Assembly (NCBI RefSeq): GCF_036321535.1
Contig: NC_087436.1
Coordinates: 75,022,001 to 75,086,000 of the forward strand
DNA length: 64,000 bases
Direction: 5' to 3'
Source of the DNA: Camelus dromedarius
Taxonomy: Eukaryota
The translations under genes and the position numbers were made by a program. A model generated the notes under the pieces. It was not told the origin of the DNA. It made no database searches and was given only the letters and a program-made list of their open reading frames with translations. Positions 24,203 to 35,500 of the stretch are shown here, in pieces (position 1 is the first letter of the stretch; each line of letters begins with the position of its first letter).

Positions 24203-26473
24203 CCTGGTTTATAAGTAATTCTCCTAACTGCTTATTCTTTGAGTCACTCCAAATCAGTTGTAGATTAAATGACTCTGAGTTCTAAACAGCACTTTTCTAC
24301 ATTCCTAATTTATTCAAGAACCAAGAAAGTAAACAAATGCTAAGCCAAGTAAACAAAAATTTAACAGCACTCCACTGATACAATGGCAGAATATTGTATT
24401 TGTATCTGTATTTAATGCTAATTACAAGACACTTTTATACCTGATATTACTGATTGTCTTCAATACTGGTATAGCACTAATTACATAAAATGTTTTGTAC
24501 GAAATTGAAAAGTTTACTGTCTGCTACTTGGACTAAAGGCTTAATTCTCTCTAGTCAGGTATGCCCTTAGTTTGTTCTCTGATCATCCTTCCTTCCCATC
24601 CTATTCCACCCTCCCATCCATCTATCCAGCCAGCCAGTATATTTATCTTCCCATACATGCCTCTCTTGCACGGATTTATAGCTCTGTCCTTTTTCATCCT
24701 ATCCTACATATGCAAACATTAAACCCTCTTTGGTCTATGCACTTTTGGTTCTTTAACTGTACTTCTATAGACGATAAAAATGGTTCAGTAAGATTTTTGA
24801 TTCAATTATTAATGCACATAAGATCTTTTGAAGAAACATCAACAAAAGATTTTTAAACAGCTCAGATGATTGAGGAAGATGGGTTTAGATTAATATCCCA
24901 CACTTTGTTTCTCTAATTTTTACTTTATGGATAAGGAAAAAGTAACCTTTATAAAAGCCTAGACAAGATAGAAATGATTTGGTCTTTTTACCTATACACG
25001 TATAAAGACAACAATAAGAGTCACAGAAGCACTTGACATTTATCTTACGGAACTTTATTTTAGGTTTTCTGGGTTGTGCTCGCAAAGATATATAATATAC
25101 CACTGGAGTCTAAAGGATAGGAATTAACCTATAGTTAACTGTGTATCATTAAATCTGGAGGTTTTCCTCTAAGCTCACACAGGAGCAGTGGTGTAACAGA
25201 GTCAGCTAGTACCTACTTTCTTAGCGCTTCATCCCCATTCTGCATTCAATGCTTTTCTGTGGGGAGCTTGAAGTCTATTACTTATACCACAGAAATCAGC
25301 AAACATTACAAATTTGAGCTTCTTTTTTCCCAGAAAGCTGGTTATTAAATATTGCCAGCACATTACTGCGTATCAATGATCTGAACAAAGTCAATTATCT
25401 CTGAATAGTATTATCTAGCCTAAAAGCAAAAACACTAAAATTGGATTCAACTTCTAAGCAATTTTCCTCCACTTCTTGATTACAGAAACTGGCCAACAGC
25501 ATCAGCACATGACTTTCCTGTCTTCTTCCTACTACTCGTTTCTTGGAAAGCAGCTAACAAGCACTGAAAATGGGAAAAGGTTATTAGAGATGTTTAAGAG
25601 TGCATTTCATAAATTTCCTTTGGTATTTCGTTAAATCCCTCTGGGCCTCTTACTCTCAACCACTTTGTAACATCTGCATTTTTTCAGGATGGTATAAGAT
25701 TTTAGTACATATGCCTGAAATGCCAGAAAATCAAACAGAGGTACAACAGGCAGAGTGAACAGAAAACTGGCAAAGGGAAAGGAATTAACCACAGAAAACC
25801 ACTACCACCAGTGTTTCAACAACTACAACTGGTCTTCTACAACTGGCCCTCTAATTTTTCTTCTTATTGTACAAAAAAAATCTTTCTTGGTCCTTTTACT
25901 AAGCTGGAGTGTTCCACTGCCTGGGAATATACTAGTATGACAACACGAATGTAAAACAGACCCTAAGTACAACCCTCTCTAATCCCATCTCCCAAAGAAA
26001 CCTGGAAAATTTGAAGGTAAATGAGAAAACAATGAAAAGTACTATGAAAATTTGGGAGGAATACTATACAAATTCATTCAAGGTGATAGTTTAGCTGTAT
26101 CAGGTTGCTTATTTGAATCCTTACTGTTAGGGATGTTACTGTAAGTTAGAAATGGTATGGACAGGCGAAATGCAACTATATTAATAAATAAAAAATGCTA
26201 TTGAACAGTGCCTGGCACATACTTAGTGAGCATTCTGGAAGTCTGTGCTATTATCATGGTTATTTGAAATTTGAAGAAATGAGGGTACAAAAAGAATTCT
26301 TAAGTCAACAATAACCACAAAACCTAACAAACCTCCTTAGATTTAGGTGCACACTTAGCAAAGACATTTTGAAAATCTAAAAATTCCTGAAGATTATGCA
26401 ATTAAGCAGAAATAACATACACCTTTCTTGTGTATTTGATAATTTCTATGCCAGCCCAGAGGCTGTCACTTAC

Positions 26474-26676
26474 TTTGAAATCAAAGGTGTAATTGGTGTA
26501 AGGCATCAAGTTATTTTCATAGGCGCTCTTCAGTTGGAAGCCATGTGTGATTCTCCCTTCTGAGCTTCCATTCTTTCCATTGCAGCTGAAGTTCATAAGA
26601 CACTCATTGTATCTTAGTTCCTTGAAGTCTTTGTGGTTGTCAGCTACTCCTCCATTGCTTAAATATTCCACAACAC
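26474..26676 (-). CDS. CNOT6L: CNOT6L exon 11: (G)VVEYLSNGGVADNHKDFKELRY...YTNYTFDFK
   Basis: Acceptor ttctgttag|GT, donor AAA|gtaagt. 203 nt. Overlaps ORF 26402..26671. Confidence 0.97.
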
Positions 26677-26769
26677 CTAACAGAATAAAGATGGAAGAAA
26701 CTAGACCTTACACAAGACTTCATGGCCAAAATCTGTTGCCAGATGCATGCACCAGGTTCAGAGTGGTTT

Positions 26770-26850
26770 TATCACATTGAGCCACATGAAACTGCCTTTT
26801 TTTTGTTGTTAAAAAACCAAGTATGAGCAATTTCATATGGTTCAATCAAA
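26770..26850. mobile_element. MADE2-like Tc1/mariner MITE
   Basis: ~80 bp, with inverted arms attgagccacatgaaactgc (26776-26795) and gcaatttcatatggttcaat (26827-26846), 17/20 complementary. Confidence 0.8.
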
Positions 26851-27499
26851 CTGAAGGGTATCTGCCTATTTCAGAGCAAAATACCAGGATCACTCAGAAT
26901 TATCCTCAGTTTTCTTAATGGGTCTTCAAGCTGATTCCCAGATCTAGGGTGGCATTTGCCAGGAAGGTCTTGACCCTAAATGTTTTTAGAATATTATTTC
27001 AAACCACTATCTCTTCAGTATTCACCATTCTATGCAATCAACAACTTTCAGAATATATAAAATACAGCACACATAATAAAAAATTTAAAAACCATTAACA
27101 ACAAAAATAGATTTTGCATTTTCAACATTGCAATGTCTAGTTTCAGCTCCACAATGCCATTCTTTGTCTGGAGCTACAGTGAGTTTTTTTCAGTCTGACA
27201 CTAAACAGGACATTATATGCTGGAGGTATATATAAAAATATAAAAATATTATATGTGTATATATAAAAAATATATATATATTATGTGTGTATATATAAAA
27301 AAAGCTGAAGAGAGTAGAAGCATTCAAAAAAGTACACCGCTTCCACTGAATTAAGTAAACATTAAAAAAAAGGTACCACAACCCTTCCTCTGATGATGAT
27401 TAGTAAACACTGTCAGTCATCTCTAACTGTGATCAGGAATGACAGCAACACACAACGAGTAAGTGATGAGTTGCAACGCTGGTATTGTGAACAGCTGAA

Positions 27500-27695
27500 A
27501 AGGAGCTATCATTTATTTAGCGTTTACTATACACCTGGCACTACTGTAAGTGCCTCCTACACATACCTCACAAACAACTCCATGAAGTAGATAAAATGGT
27601 TATCCCTTTATTTAAAAATGAGGAACTTAGTCATAAATTGCACAGCTCCTAATTGGTAGAACCAGGATTCAGCCCTGACAATCTGGCTCAAGTCA
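27500..27695 (-). mobile_element. MIR SINE
   Basis: atcatttatttagcgtttactatacacctggcact...cctcacaaacaactccatgaagtag...aatgaggaactt. Confidence 0.7.
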
Positions 27696-28028
27696 ACTAA
27701 TTAATCTGTGATGCCAAATAACAGCTCATTGGCTTAAACAAATCAACCATAGAGGGAAACTTGTGCCTGAGAACAATTCAACTCAAAAAAAGGATTAAAA
27801 GAGGACATGGTTAAGGTATCAATGGGGGCTAGGGGCTGAAGGCAAACATTTGTGAAAGGATGATTTTAGATTTATTTGCTAAGGAGAAAAAGTAGAGATG
27901 TTTTCCAGATTTGAGACTTCTATTAATATTATGATGGTAGGCATTGGGGTTAATTTTTTACTTTTGGGGTGTTAATTTTATATTTATTGTTGAGTGGTTA
28001 TTTTAGACAATTTAAAATGGCTTACTGA

Positions 28029-28152
28029 GGGGGGAGGGTATAGGTCAAGTGACAGTGTGCATGCTTAGCATGCACAAGGTCCTGAGTTCAATCCCCAGTA
28101 CCTCCTCTAAAAATAAATAAATAAACCTAATTACCCACCCCAAATTTTTTAA
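28029..28152 (+). mobile_element. tRNA-derived SINE (camelid Vic-1-like) in intron 10
   Basis: GGGGGGAGGGTATAGGTCAAGTG...GCATGCTTAGCATGCACAAGGTCCTGAGTTCAATCCCCAGTACCTCC, then (TAAA)n. TSD aaaatggcttactga (28014-28028) / aaactagcttactga (28153-28167). Confidence 0.88.
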
Positions 28153-28439
28153 AAACTAGCTTACTGAAAATATACAAAATTTAGAATATGCTTTGGTAAT
28201 ACCAAAACAGCAACAGTTTAACGTTTTATATTTGAATTACAGTATTTAAATGCAGAACTGATTTTTATACAGAGATCTAAAATAATTTAGTTAGGACATA
28301 AAGTAGTTTAGTGGAGCTCAAGAAGTAAATGTGAAATCCTAAGATAATTCTGATTACTCTTCTGCACCTATTATCAGTATTCAGATATCACTTAATGAGT
28401 TCACTTAAAAGATGTCAACATTAGTAAACCAGATAGCTA

Positions 28440-28924
28440 CCGTACTGAATAACTTCTGATTGCGTCTTCAGCTCACCCTCCTCTACTGCACCCTGTGCTG
28501 CCTGAGGCTGACCTTTACTTGCACCAACTGTGAACCCCTCCCACTCTAGCTTCTAGTTGGATCTGGTCAATGGGCAGCAGTGGCAACAAGAAATGGGAGG
28601 ACAGGAACAGAGTGAGGCAGGGATAAATATTCCCCTGGCTCCCTTTTTGTTGGTTTGCCGGGGGTTAATCTTATCATAATACAAATCCATCACTCCTATT
28701 ACATGGACCTCTCCTCCTAACTACTTTTTCCAGGTTCTGATAACAGCTCTTACCACTTTTCCCTTTTGGTGCAGGGGTGGTGAAGGGTCCCTAACTCCCC
28801 TCGTGGCAGGATACTGCATCATTCATTTTTTTGTGTCCCTTAACCCTGCACACACCTTTGGAAATAGCTTAAATAAACTCTCCTCAATTACCACATGTCC
28901 TATATCTGGGATCTTACTGATACA
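28440..28924 (+). mobile_element. Solo ERVL LTR (LTR33-like)
   Basis: ccctgcacacacctttggaaatag...aataaactctcctcaattacc...cttactgataca terminus. Confidence 0.7.
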
Positions 28925-29034
28925 CTCTCTAATTTAGAAGAGAAATTCTCTACTCAAAAGTTAAGAGCTAGCTGGCCTTTCAACTAGAAGTATAAGCAAA
29001 ATTGAAAGCCAAGAGGAAACGATGTTATAAATAC

Positions 29035-29262
29035 CTGAATCTGGCAATGAGTTAAGATCTGCACATAGCACCAGCGGGATGGAATTAGGATCTGCAGTTG
29101 GGCTGCCAGGCCTACTTGAGGCTTTCTCCAGAATGTTTTTAACCTCTGAGACAAACATCATGGTCTGAATGAGTTTCACATCAGAATACTCTGGGTCCCA
29201 ATGCATGTGGGCATTTGCCACTATAAGCAGCTGTTTGTCTGCAGCATGAATAGGCTTCAGAC
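29035..29262 (-). CDS. CNOT6L: CNOT6L exon 10 (contains D410/N412): (S)LKPIHAADKQLLIVANAHMHWDPEY...CADLNSLPDS(G)
   Basis: Acceptor aaatttag|GT, donor CAG|gtattt. 228 nt, phase 1-1. Overlaps ORF 28961..29221. Confidence 0.96.
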
Positions 29263-29446
29263 CTAAATTTAATCATTAGGGAAAAAAGGATCAAGTTATA
29301 CTTTATGTATCAAAAAAGCAGTATCTTAAGGTTTTCTCCCCAAAACCCACAGCCACTTCTTTACTCTTTTCTATTAATTTATATCTTTCCCTTTACCTCA
29401 TGAAGCAGTTCTTAGAAGCTTAAGTGCTGAGATTCTGGTAATCCCA

Positions 29447-29653
29447 ACATGGGGGCTGACAAACTGCAGCCCATGGGCTAAATCTGGCCCACCACCTGTT
29501 TTTGTACAGCCTGTATATTCTAAGGCTTGCTTTACATTTTTACAGGGTTCTATGAAACAGGTTTTAAAAGACTGTGATAGAGACCATATGTGGCCCACAT
29601 AGCCTAAACTATTAACTATCTGGCCCTTTTAGAAAAAGTTTGCCAGCTCCTAC
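29447..29653. mobile_element. MER58-like hAT-Charlie DNA transposon
   Basis: gggctgacaaactgcagcccatgggctaaatctggcccaccacctgtttttgta...tatctggcccttttagaaaaagtttgcc. Confidence 0.8.
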
Positions 29654-31853
29654 TCTCTCCCCAAGTTAGGAATTATACCATGATATAACCAACATTTGAT
29701 TATAGTACCTTGATTTGCTGAGTTCTTAGTGTAAACAAGCACTTTAAGTATCTGTCACTTAAATATCACAGTGACCTAGTGAGATAGGTTTTCAGTTATT
29801 GGAATCACCTAAACTATAATTTAAATTCCTCCTGCTGGTCAGTACTCATTCACTCTGCATTTCTGGAGCACATCAGTGACAGTGTCAGTAAGGCAACAAC
29901 ATTATATTAATCTATATGAAATAAATTAAGTGAATTTGCTACCAAAACAGATTCATACCATACACTTAGAAGAAGTATTTTAAAAAGTGAGAATTAGGGA
30001 GTATGTGCTTTCAAAGTTTGAACGTGGGTTTAGACCTGGTTCTATCACTAATTACTAACCTTTTATTATTCATTATTTAAACTTTTTGGTGCTCAGGTTC
30101 ATTTGGACAGTAAGGTATTCAACTAGAAAATCTGTAAGGTTCTTTTTTCCCCCAGAATACTGTTTCTTAATTCTGCCAAAATAAATATTAACATGGTACT
30201 TTCAAAATGGTAGATGAGGATAACACATTAAAAAAAAAGAGGCTTATGGCTTCTTTGAAGGGACAAGTTATGAAATAAACTTAGTTATTAACACATACTG
30301 ACAGAGAAAGATGCCCATCAAATTTTTAAGGCACAAAGCTCAATATGCATGGTATGATGCCACTTAAATAAAACTATACACATATATTAGTAATGTGTAA
30401 AGAAATGAACATGAACTAGAGGATATAAATAAGGGAACTCTCACTTTTTACTTTATACACTTTTGTACTGTTGGAATATTACTTAACTGTATACAAGATT
30501 AATTTTTCTACTGAAATTTCTATGGAAGTAGCTCTTAAATTTTTCTGTTGAAAATATAAATTCTACAGAAAGACCTGATTTTCTCAGCCTACTATTTTGG
30601 TAAAGTTTCCTTCCACCTTACCAAGCTATAATTATCTTTAGTGTTGAGTAAACAAGTAACTGAAGTGTCTGTTACATGTGACAGAAAGTCATTTTTAAAG
30701 CAATCAGATTATAAGATAAAAATTTGCAGCGAAAATTCTCTAAGCTCTCTTTTTTCTCCCTAGAAGTTGTCTACTGTCACTTTTGGCTGGAGATTAAATG
30801 TTCACTGTATTAAATATTTAAAGCTTGCCCCTTCAAAGAAACCATAAGCACCTTCTATAATATTATATTCCACCTCTGGGAGTATAAGAGAGACATTATT
30901 TCAGCAAGTGAATGTCTACTGTATAATTTACAATTACTCTTCTGCAAATTAAAAGGAGATTAAAACTCCAAAAGGAATTCAATATTCTCATTGTCAGAAG
31001 AAAAGGTACCAGACTTTTAAGAAGAATGAGATTGGAAAGGACATAAAAGCAAAAATGGAGAGGGTGAAAAAGAGGAAGAATTTAAAATCTCATATCAAAG
31101 ACTGACTGTCTCTGATGATGGATAAACTGAAGACCAGTGAGAAAACGTTTGACAAATACATATGGTCTGAAAGATTCAAATCAATACTTAAGGGAAAAAT
31201 CTTTTCCTCTACAGGCAGTGAGTAAAGAAAAAAATATTTTTAAATAAAAGCCCGGATGTGGTCTTATACTTCTCCTCGCTCTTACCTAAAATACAGTTAA
31301 GTAAACAATGAAATGCTCAAAGGCAAACAGTAGAAAGGGGAAAAAAAGGTCTGGATATGCAAAGTACATAATGAGTTTCTGACTTTGAAGGAAGCTATAA
31401 ATAATCTACAATGGAAAAGAAAAGTACCAGGTAGATAAAAGATCCTGCTCATACCCTGACAATGACTGAAATATAACAAAGAAATTAGAGAAAACGTGCC
31501 AAGTACTTATCCTTAAAGACAAAAGATTTTACATTCAAGAAGCTAAAAAGAGAACCAAGCCATCATAATTTCCAAATTCAGCCTAAAACATTTCTTATTT
31601 CAAATAACCTTCTGGAATTAATGGCATATTAAAGACTTTTCTTTTTACACATTACCTGGTAAGTAATACCCCAGGATGTATATGATGCTTGATGATCACA
31701 CAATTAGTGCTCTTTTCCTGCCCTCTCCCTTAGCTTTCCTCAAAAGACAAGGAAATAACTATGCAATAAATACCAGCAAGACTCTCTGCACTTGAGAAGA
31801 GAAAACTTGGGATGGTGTTTAGTTTTAGTAAAAATATTTTAAATTGCACTCAC

Positions 31854-32005
31854 TTGCTCCAAATAGTTCTTTGTGGACCTCTAATACCACAGCGACACCA
31901 ATGTTGTCTTTTGTCATCACTCTGTTCAGCATAGCTTCGGATCCATCTGAATTAGCCATTGCCACTTGGTTAAACTCCACTGTATGCTTCTGCACCAATG
32001 TAAAT
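31854..32005 (-). CDS. CNOT6L: CNOT6L exon 9: (K)FTLVQKHTVEFNQVAMANSDGSEAMLNRVMTKDNIGVAVVLEVHKELFGA(S)
   Basis: Acceptor cctttcag|A, donor CAA|gtgagt. 152 nt. Translated by hand. Confidence 0.96.
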
Positions 32006-32994
32006 CTGAAAGGTACAATGTATTAGTATTATGGTACCAGGTACTTGGACTGTCCTGCTAAAAGACATTAAATGAAGGGAGCACAAAATACAGACACTAT
32101 TCACTGTCTCCCTAGATATTTTTTAGCTTTTCAGGGCCAGGTGATACAATTCTGGCCAATGGGAGGGAAAAAAGTCTGATTACTGTAAAAACTGTCTTGA
32201 AAGTGCCACCAAGCAAACATGGGTGTGTGTATGTGTACTTGTGTATTCCTTTGCCCTTTTACATCTATGCCCGTGTAGTCAGAACCATTTTGGCAAAAGT
32301 TATCCCACTATGGATGGGGAAGGAGCTCAACCAGATTTGGACTGCCATTTTTGGACTTCTTGTGTGAGAAAATTACTCTTTTACTCTTCTACTATTTTTT
32401 CAAGCTACTGTTGGGATTTTCTGGTATTCAAAGGTGAATACAACCTTAACCAAGTCTGCAAGTTAATGAAAAAGAACAGAATAAAATCTTCCTACCCTGT
32501 TTTCAGTTTTATTTTCACCACATTAAAAAAAAATTTCTCAGGAAAATGCAGGGACACACACTTATCTTGGCTAAGGAGAAGCCAATTTTTCCACCTGGCT
32601 TTTACTGGAAAGCTGAATTTGGGAGTATGTAAATGAAAAGAACAGAATCTATAAGATGAGGAATGGTACACCCTGCAATTATACTTCTGCATCTGCACTA
32701 ATAATATTTTCTTTCCTTAGTGCCAAATTAGGTATGGTAGAGATGTAGTACTTAACAGAACTGAGTATAGCACTGACATTTAATAGCAGTATGACTTTAG
32801 TCAAGCCATTTAACTAACCCCTTTCAGCTTCGTAAGTTTGTGAAGTATTTATAAATGACCAAAACCTGCTAAATAAATATACTGTCTACTTTTCACAAGG
32901 TTTTAAGTGGAGAGAAGATGATCTTTGTTCTTATAAAAAGTCTCCACCCCATCTTCCTCCTAGCTTTGAAACACAAGCCTGCACACATGCCTTC

Positions 32995-33590
32995 AAAAAT
33001 ATTGACTGAAATCTTACTGCATTGCAGGACACTGTGCTAGATGAAACAATACTCCTCTCCCTGCTCCAATTTTGAATGTCTCGGATGTGCTGACGAGAAT
33101 AAAAGGTCAAGTCATGTGCCTACTGCCTACTGTAACCCAGAGTGATTAAAGGGAGGGCAGTTTCCACCCTCTACTTTAAAGTGGTGACATTTAAACTGAA
33201 ACATGAAGGATGAGGAGTTACGAAGGTGAAGAATGGGATTAAGAGCATCTCAGATAGAGGAAGAAGTGAAAGGTCCTGGGCCAGCAAATAGCTTTGTATG
33301 TTTATGGGCTAGAAGAGAACGGAAAGGTATGAAATGATGTTGGAGATTAAGAGGAAGAGGAATGACTGAAGCAGGTTCTAAGCAAGAACGTGATATTATT
33401 TGATTTATGTTTTTGAAGATCACCGCAGCTGTACTGTAGAGAACTGCAGAAGCCAAAGTTTGGAAATGATGAGACCAATCAAAGTTTTTGAGGTTGTTTG
33501 GATGACAGATGACAGTGGCTTAGGCTAAAGCAAGAGAAATAATGAATAGTAGGCAGATTCAAAATAAATTCTACAGATAGAATTGATCAT
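32995..33590 (-). mobile_element. L2 LINE fragment
   Basis: gacactgtgctag...gtggtgacatttaaactgaaacatgaaggatgag...gatgacagtggcttag. Confidence 0.65.
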
Positions 33591-33929
33591 CTTCCACATC
33601 AGACTTTTTTCAAACATCTTTAAGCAATGGAACACCTTTTTCAAACAATTTCTGGTATATCATTTATAAAACAGATAGAAGCAGTATTATGTTTGAATAA
33701 ATCAATCACTAAAAATGAATAGTTTTGATGATTATAAAAATGTGAAATCAGAGAGTATAAATGATAATTACAGTTTTATACCAGTCTCAGTATCCAATTT
33801 ATTTCTCTATTTTGCTTTGGTTACACGGTATTAATAAAATTCCTAATTTACATAAACAAAACAACATAGCTTGCTTTTTCTGAGTTCAAAGCCAGTTATT
33901 TACTACTTGTATCTTTGCAAAGGGGTAGA

Positions 33930-34266
33930 CATAAAAAGATGCTGCCCAGATTCCTCATCAATCCTTGAGCAATTGCTCCAGCTGCAGAGAGCTGCCTCAG
34001 TCAAGGTCAAGAACTCCTGGGAGTGGCACATATCCAATTATAGATCAGAAGCAAAAGATAAAGGTCTGGCGATTTTGGTTTCTCCTGGGTTAACTCTCAC
34101 AGGCCATTTCAGCTCCAAAGCTACAGGTGGGGTCAGCTGAGGTTGTTAGGGACCAACACAGCTCTATTCTCTAGGCCCAATCCTGCTTTATCCCCTTCCT
34201 TTTCCCTAATAAACTCCTGGACACCAAACTAACTCAGTCGTCTTTCTGGAGAACCCAAACTATAAC
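33930..34266 (+). mobile_element. Solo LTR16-family ERVL LTR
   Basis: ccagctgcagagagctgcctc...ccctaataaactcctg...ggagaacccaaactataaca terminus. Confidence 0.7.
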
Positions 34267-34329
34267 AGACAGTATGACTATTACCACTACAAAGATGAGG
34301 GAAACTATGCTTGAAAAGTCTTTCCCTTT

Positions 34330-35500
34330 GAAAAACAAGACGGTTTTTTCATCTCCAATATCCTAGAACTTCTCCTATACCCCAGTATTCATAATAGATG
34401 ACCCAGGTCATTTCTCTAATCATATTTTGGCAAGATCTTTTAATACCATGGATATAATTATCTTGATTTGGAAAGCTAACTAGTGAAGGCAGCTTAGTGA
34501 CTCTCTTGCCAATCTCCTCCTCAGTTGGTATTACTTAGCCTTTCTACTTTCAAAATAATTCTCTTCAACAGAGACAATGAAAGGAAAGTAGAAGTTATAT
34601 AGCTCTGGTTTTCTCTTGATCATCAATTAGTGCCTGTACAATCCACATGGGGTGTACCCCTTCACAGCACAGATGTATTTAAAATATCCTCCTCACTGCC
34701 TTAGCACTTTCACTCATCGTTTGCGTTTTCTTGGCAAAAATCACAGGCTCCTAAACTCTTTTTAAAAAAACATATGCTTGGTTATTGACTTCTCTTCATT
34801 GAAAAAGAAATACTTTTGAAATGAATCCTGAACAATTACTTGGTTCATTAGATGCCTCCAACTTTCCACCTCATTGGTATAATTTATGATTGCATTGCCC
34901 TACTTTTGACTTTTAAAACTTCCCAATTTTCTTGAGGCATCCACTTTTTAACATTTTTGGTTTCAAAAAGTTCAGGAAAATAAAACCAGTTTTCCTAAAC
35001 AGAGCACATGTCATTACAACACTCCTCTCCTTGGTGCTTAGAAATACTAAAAGGGTCAGAGTCATACTCTCAATTTTTATTATTTCAACTTCACCAACAG
35101 TTAAAGAAAGGAAGAGATATAGTTGAGAGCTAAGAAACCAAGTAAATTCCTTCTTTCTAGTGAGAATTAAATAAGAGCATAATTATGCTTCTTGCACCTT
35201 AAGAACTTTGCAGGGACTCTGTTTTGAGAAAATGAGATTTCCAGCACTAGTATAGACAGCCGTAATCTCCTACAACTTACCTTGTTTCTGTGTTTATTTT
35301 ATAATTATAATACATTTATACTATATTGAGAAATAGCTATTTATATTCTATCCATACTACTTTAAAACAAAAATACTTCTTGCTTTCTCCCCTCCCACAT
35401 ATAAGCAAACATACTCCACTCTGCTTCTACTTTCTGTCTCACAGATTTCCATTCAGGTGATATTCTGACATATAGGGGTCTTTCTCCCTTCATTCCAGTA
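34330..35500 (-). mobile_element. Ancient CR1/L3 LINE remnant
   Basis: ttctcttcaacagagacaatgaaaggaaagtagaagttatatagctctggttttctcttgatcatc resembles the reverse strand of L3 (recall). Highly degenerate. Confidence 0.45.

Noticed and set aside
27225..27305. AT-rich quasi-palindromic stretch
   Set aside because: Degenerate (TA)n low-complexity sequence with no specific structure.
28029..28105. tRNA gene
   Set aside because: It has an A-rich tail and a TSD, a degenerate A box and no proper acceptor stem. It is a SINE, as is 2971-3064.
32223..32636. Longest ORF in the track (137 aa, + strand)
   Set aside because: Starts at a non-ATG codon, has no recognisable domain, and is antisense within intron 8. 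Consistent with chance.
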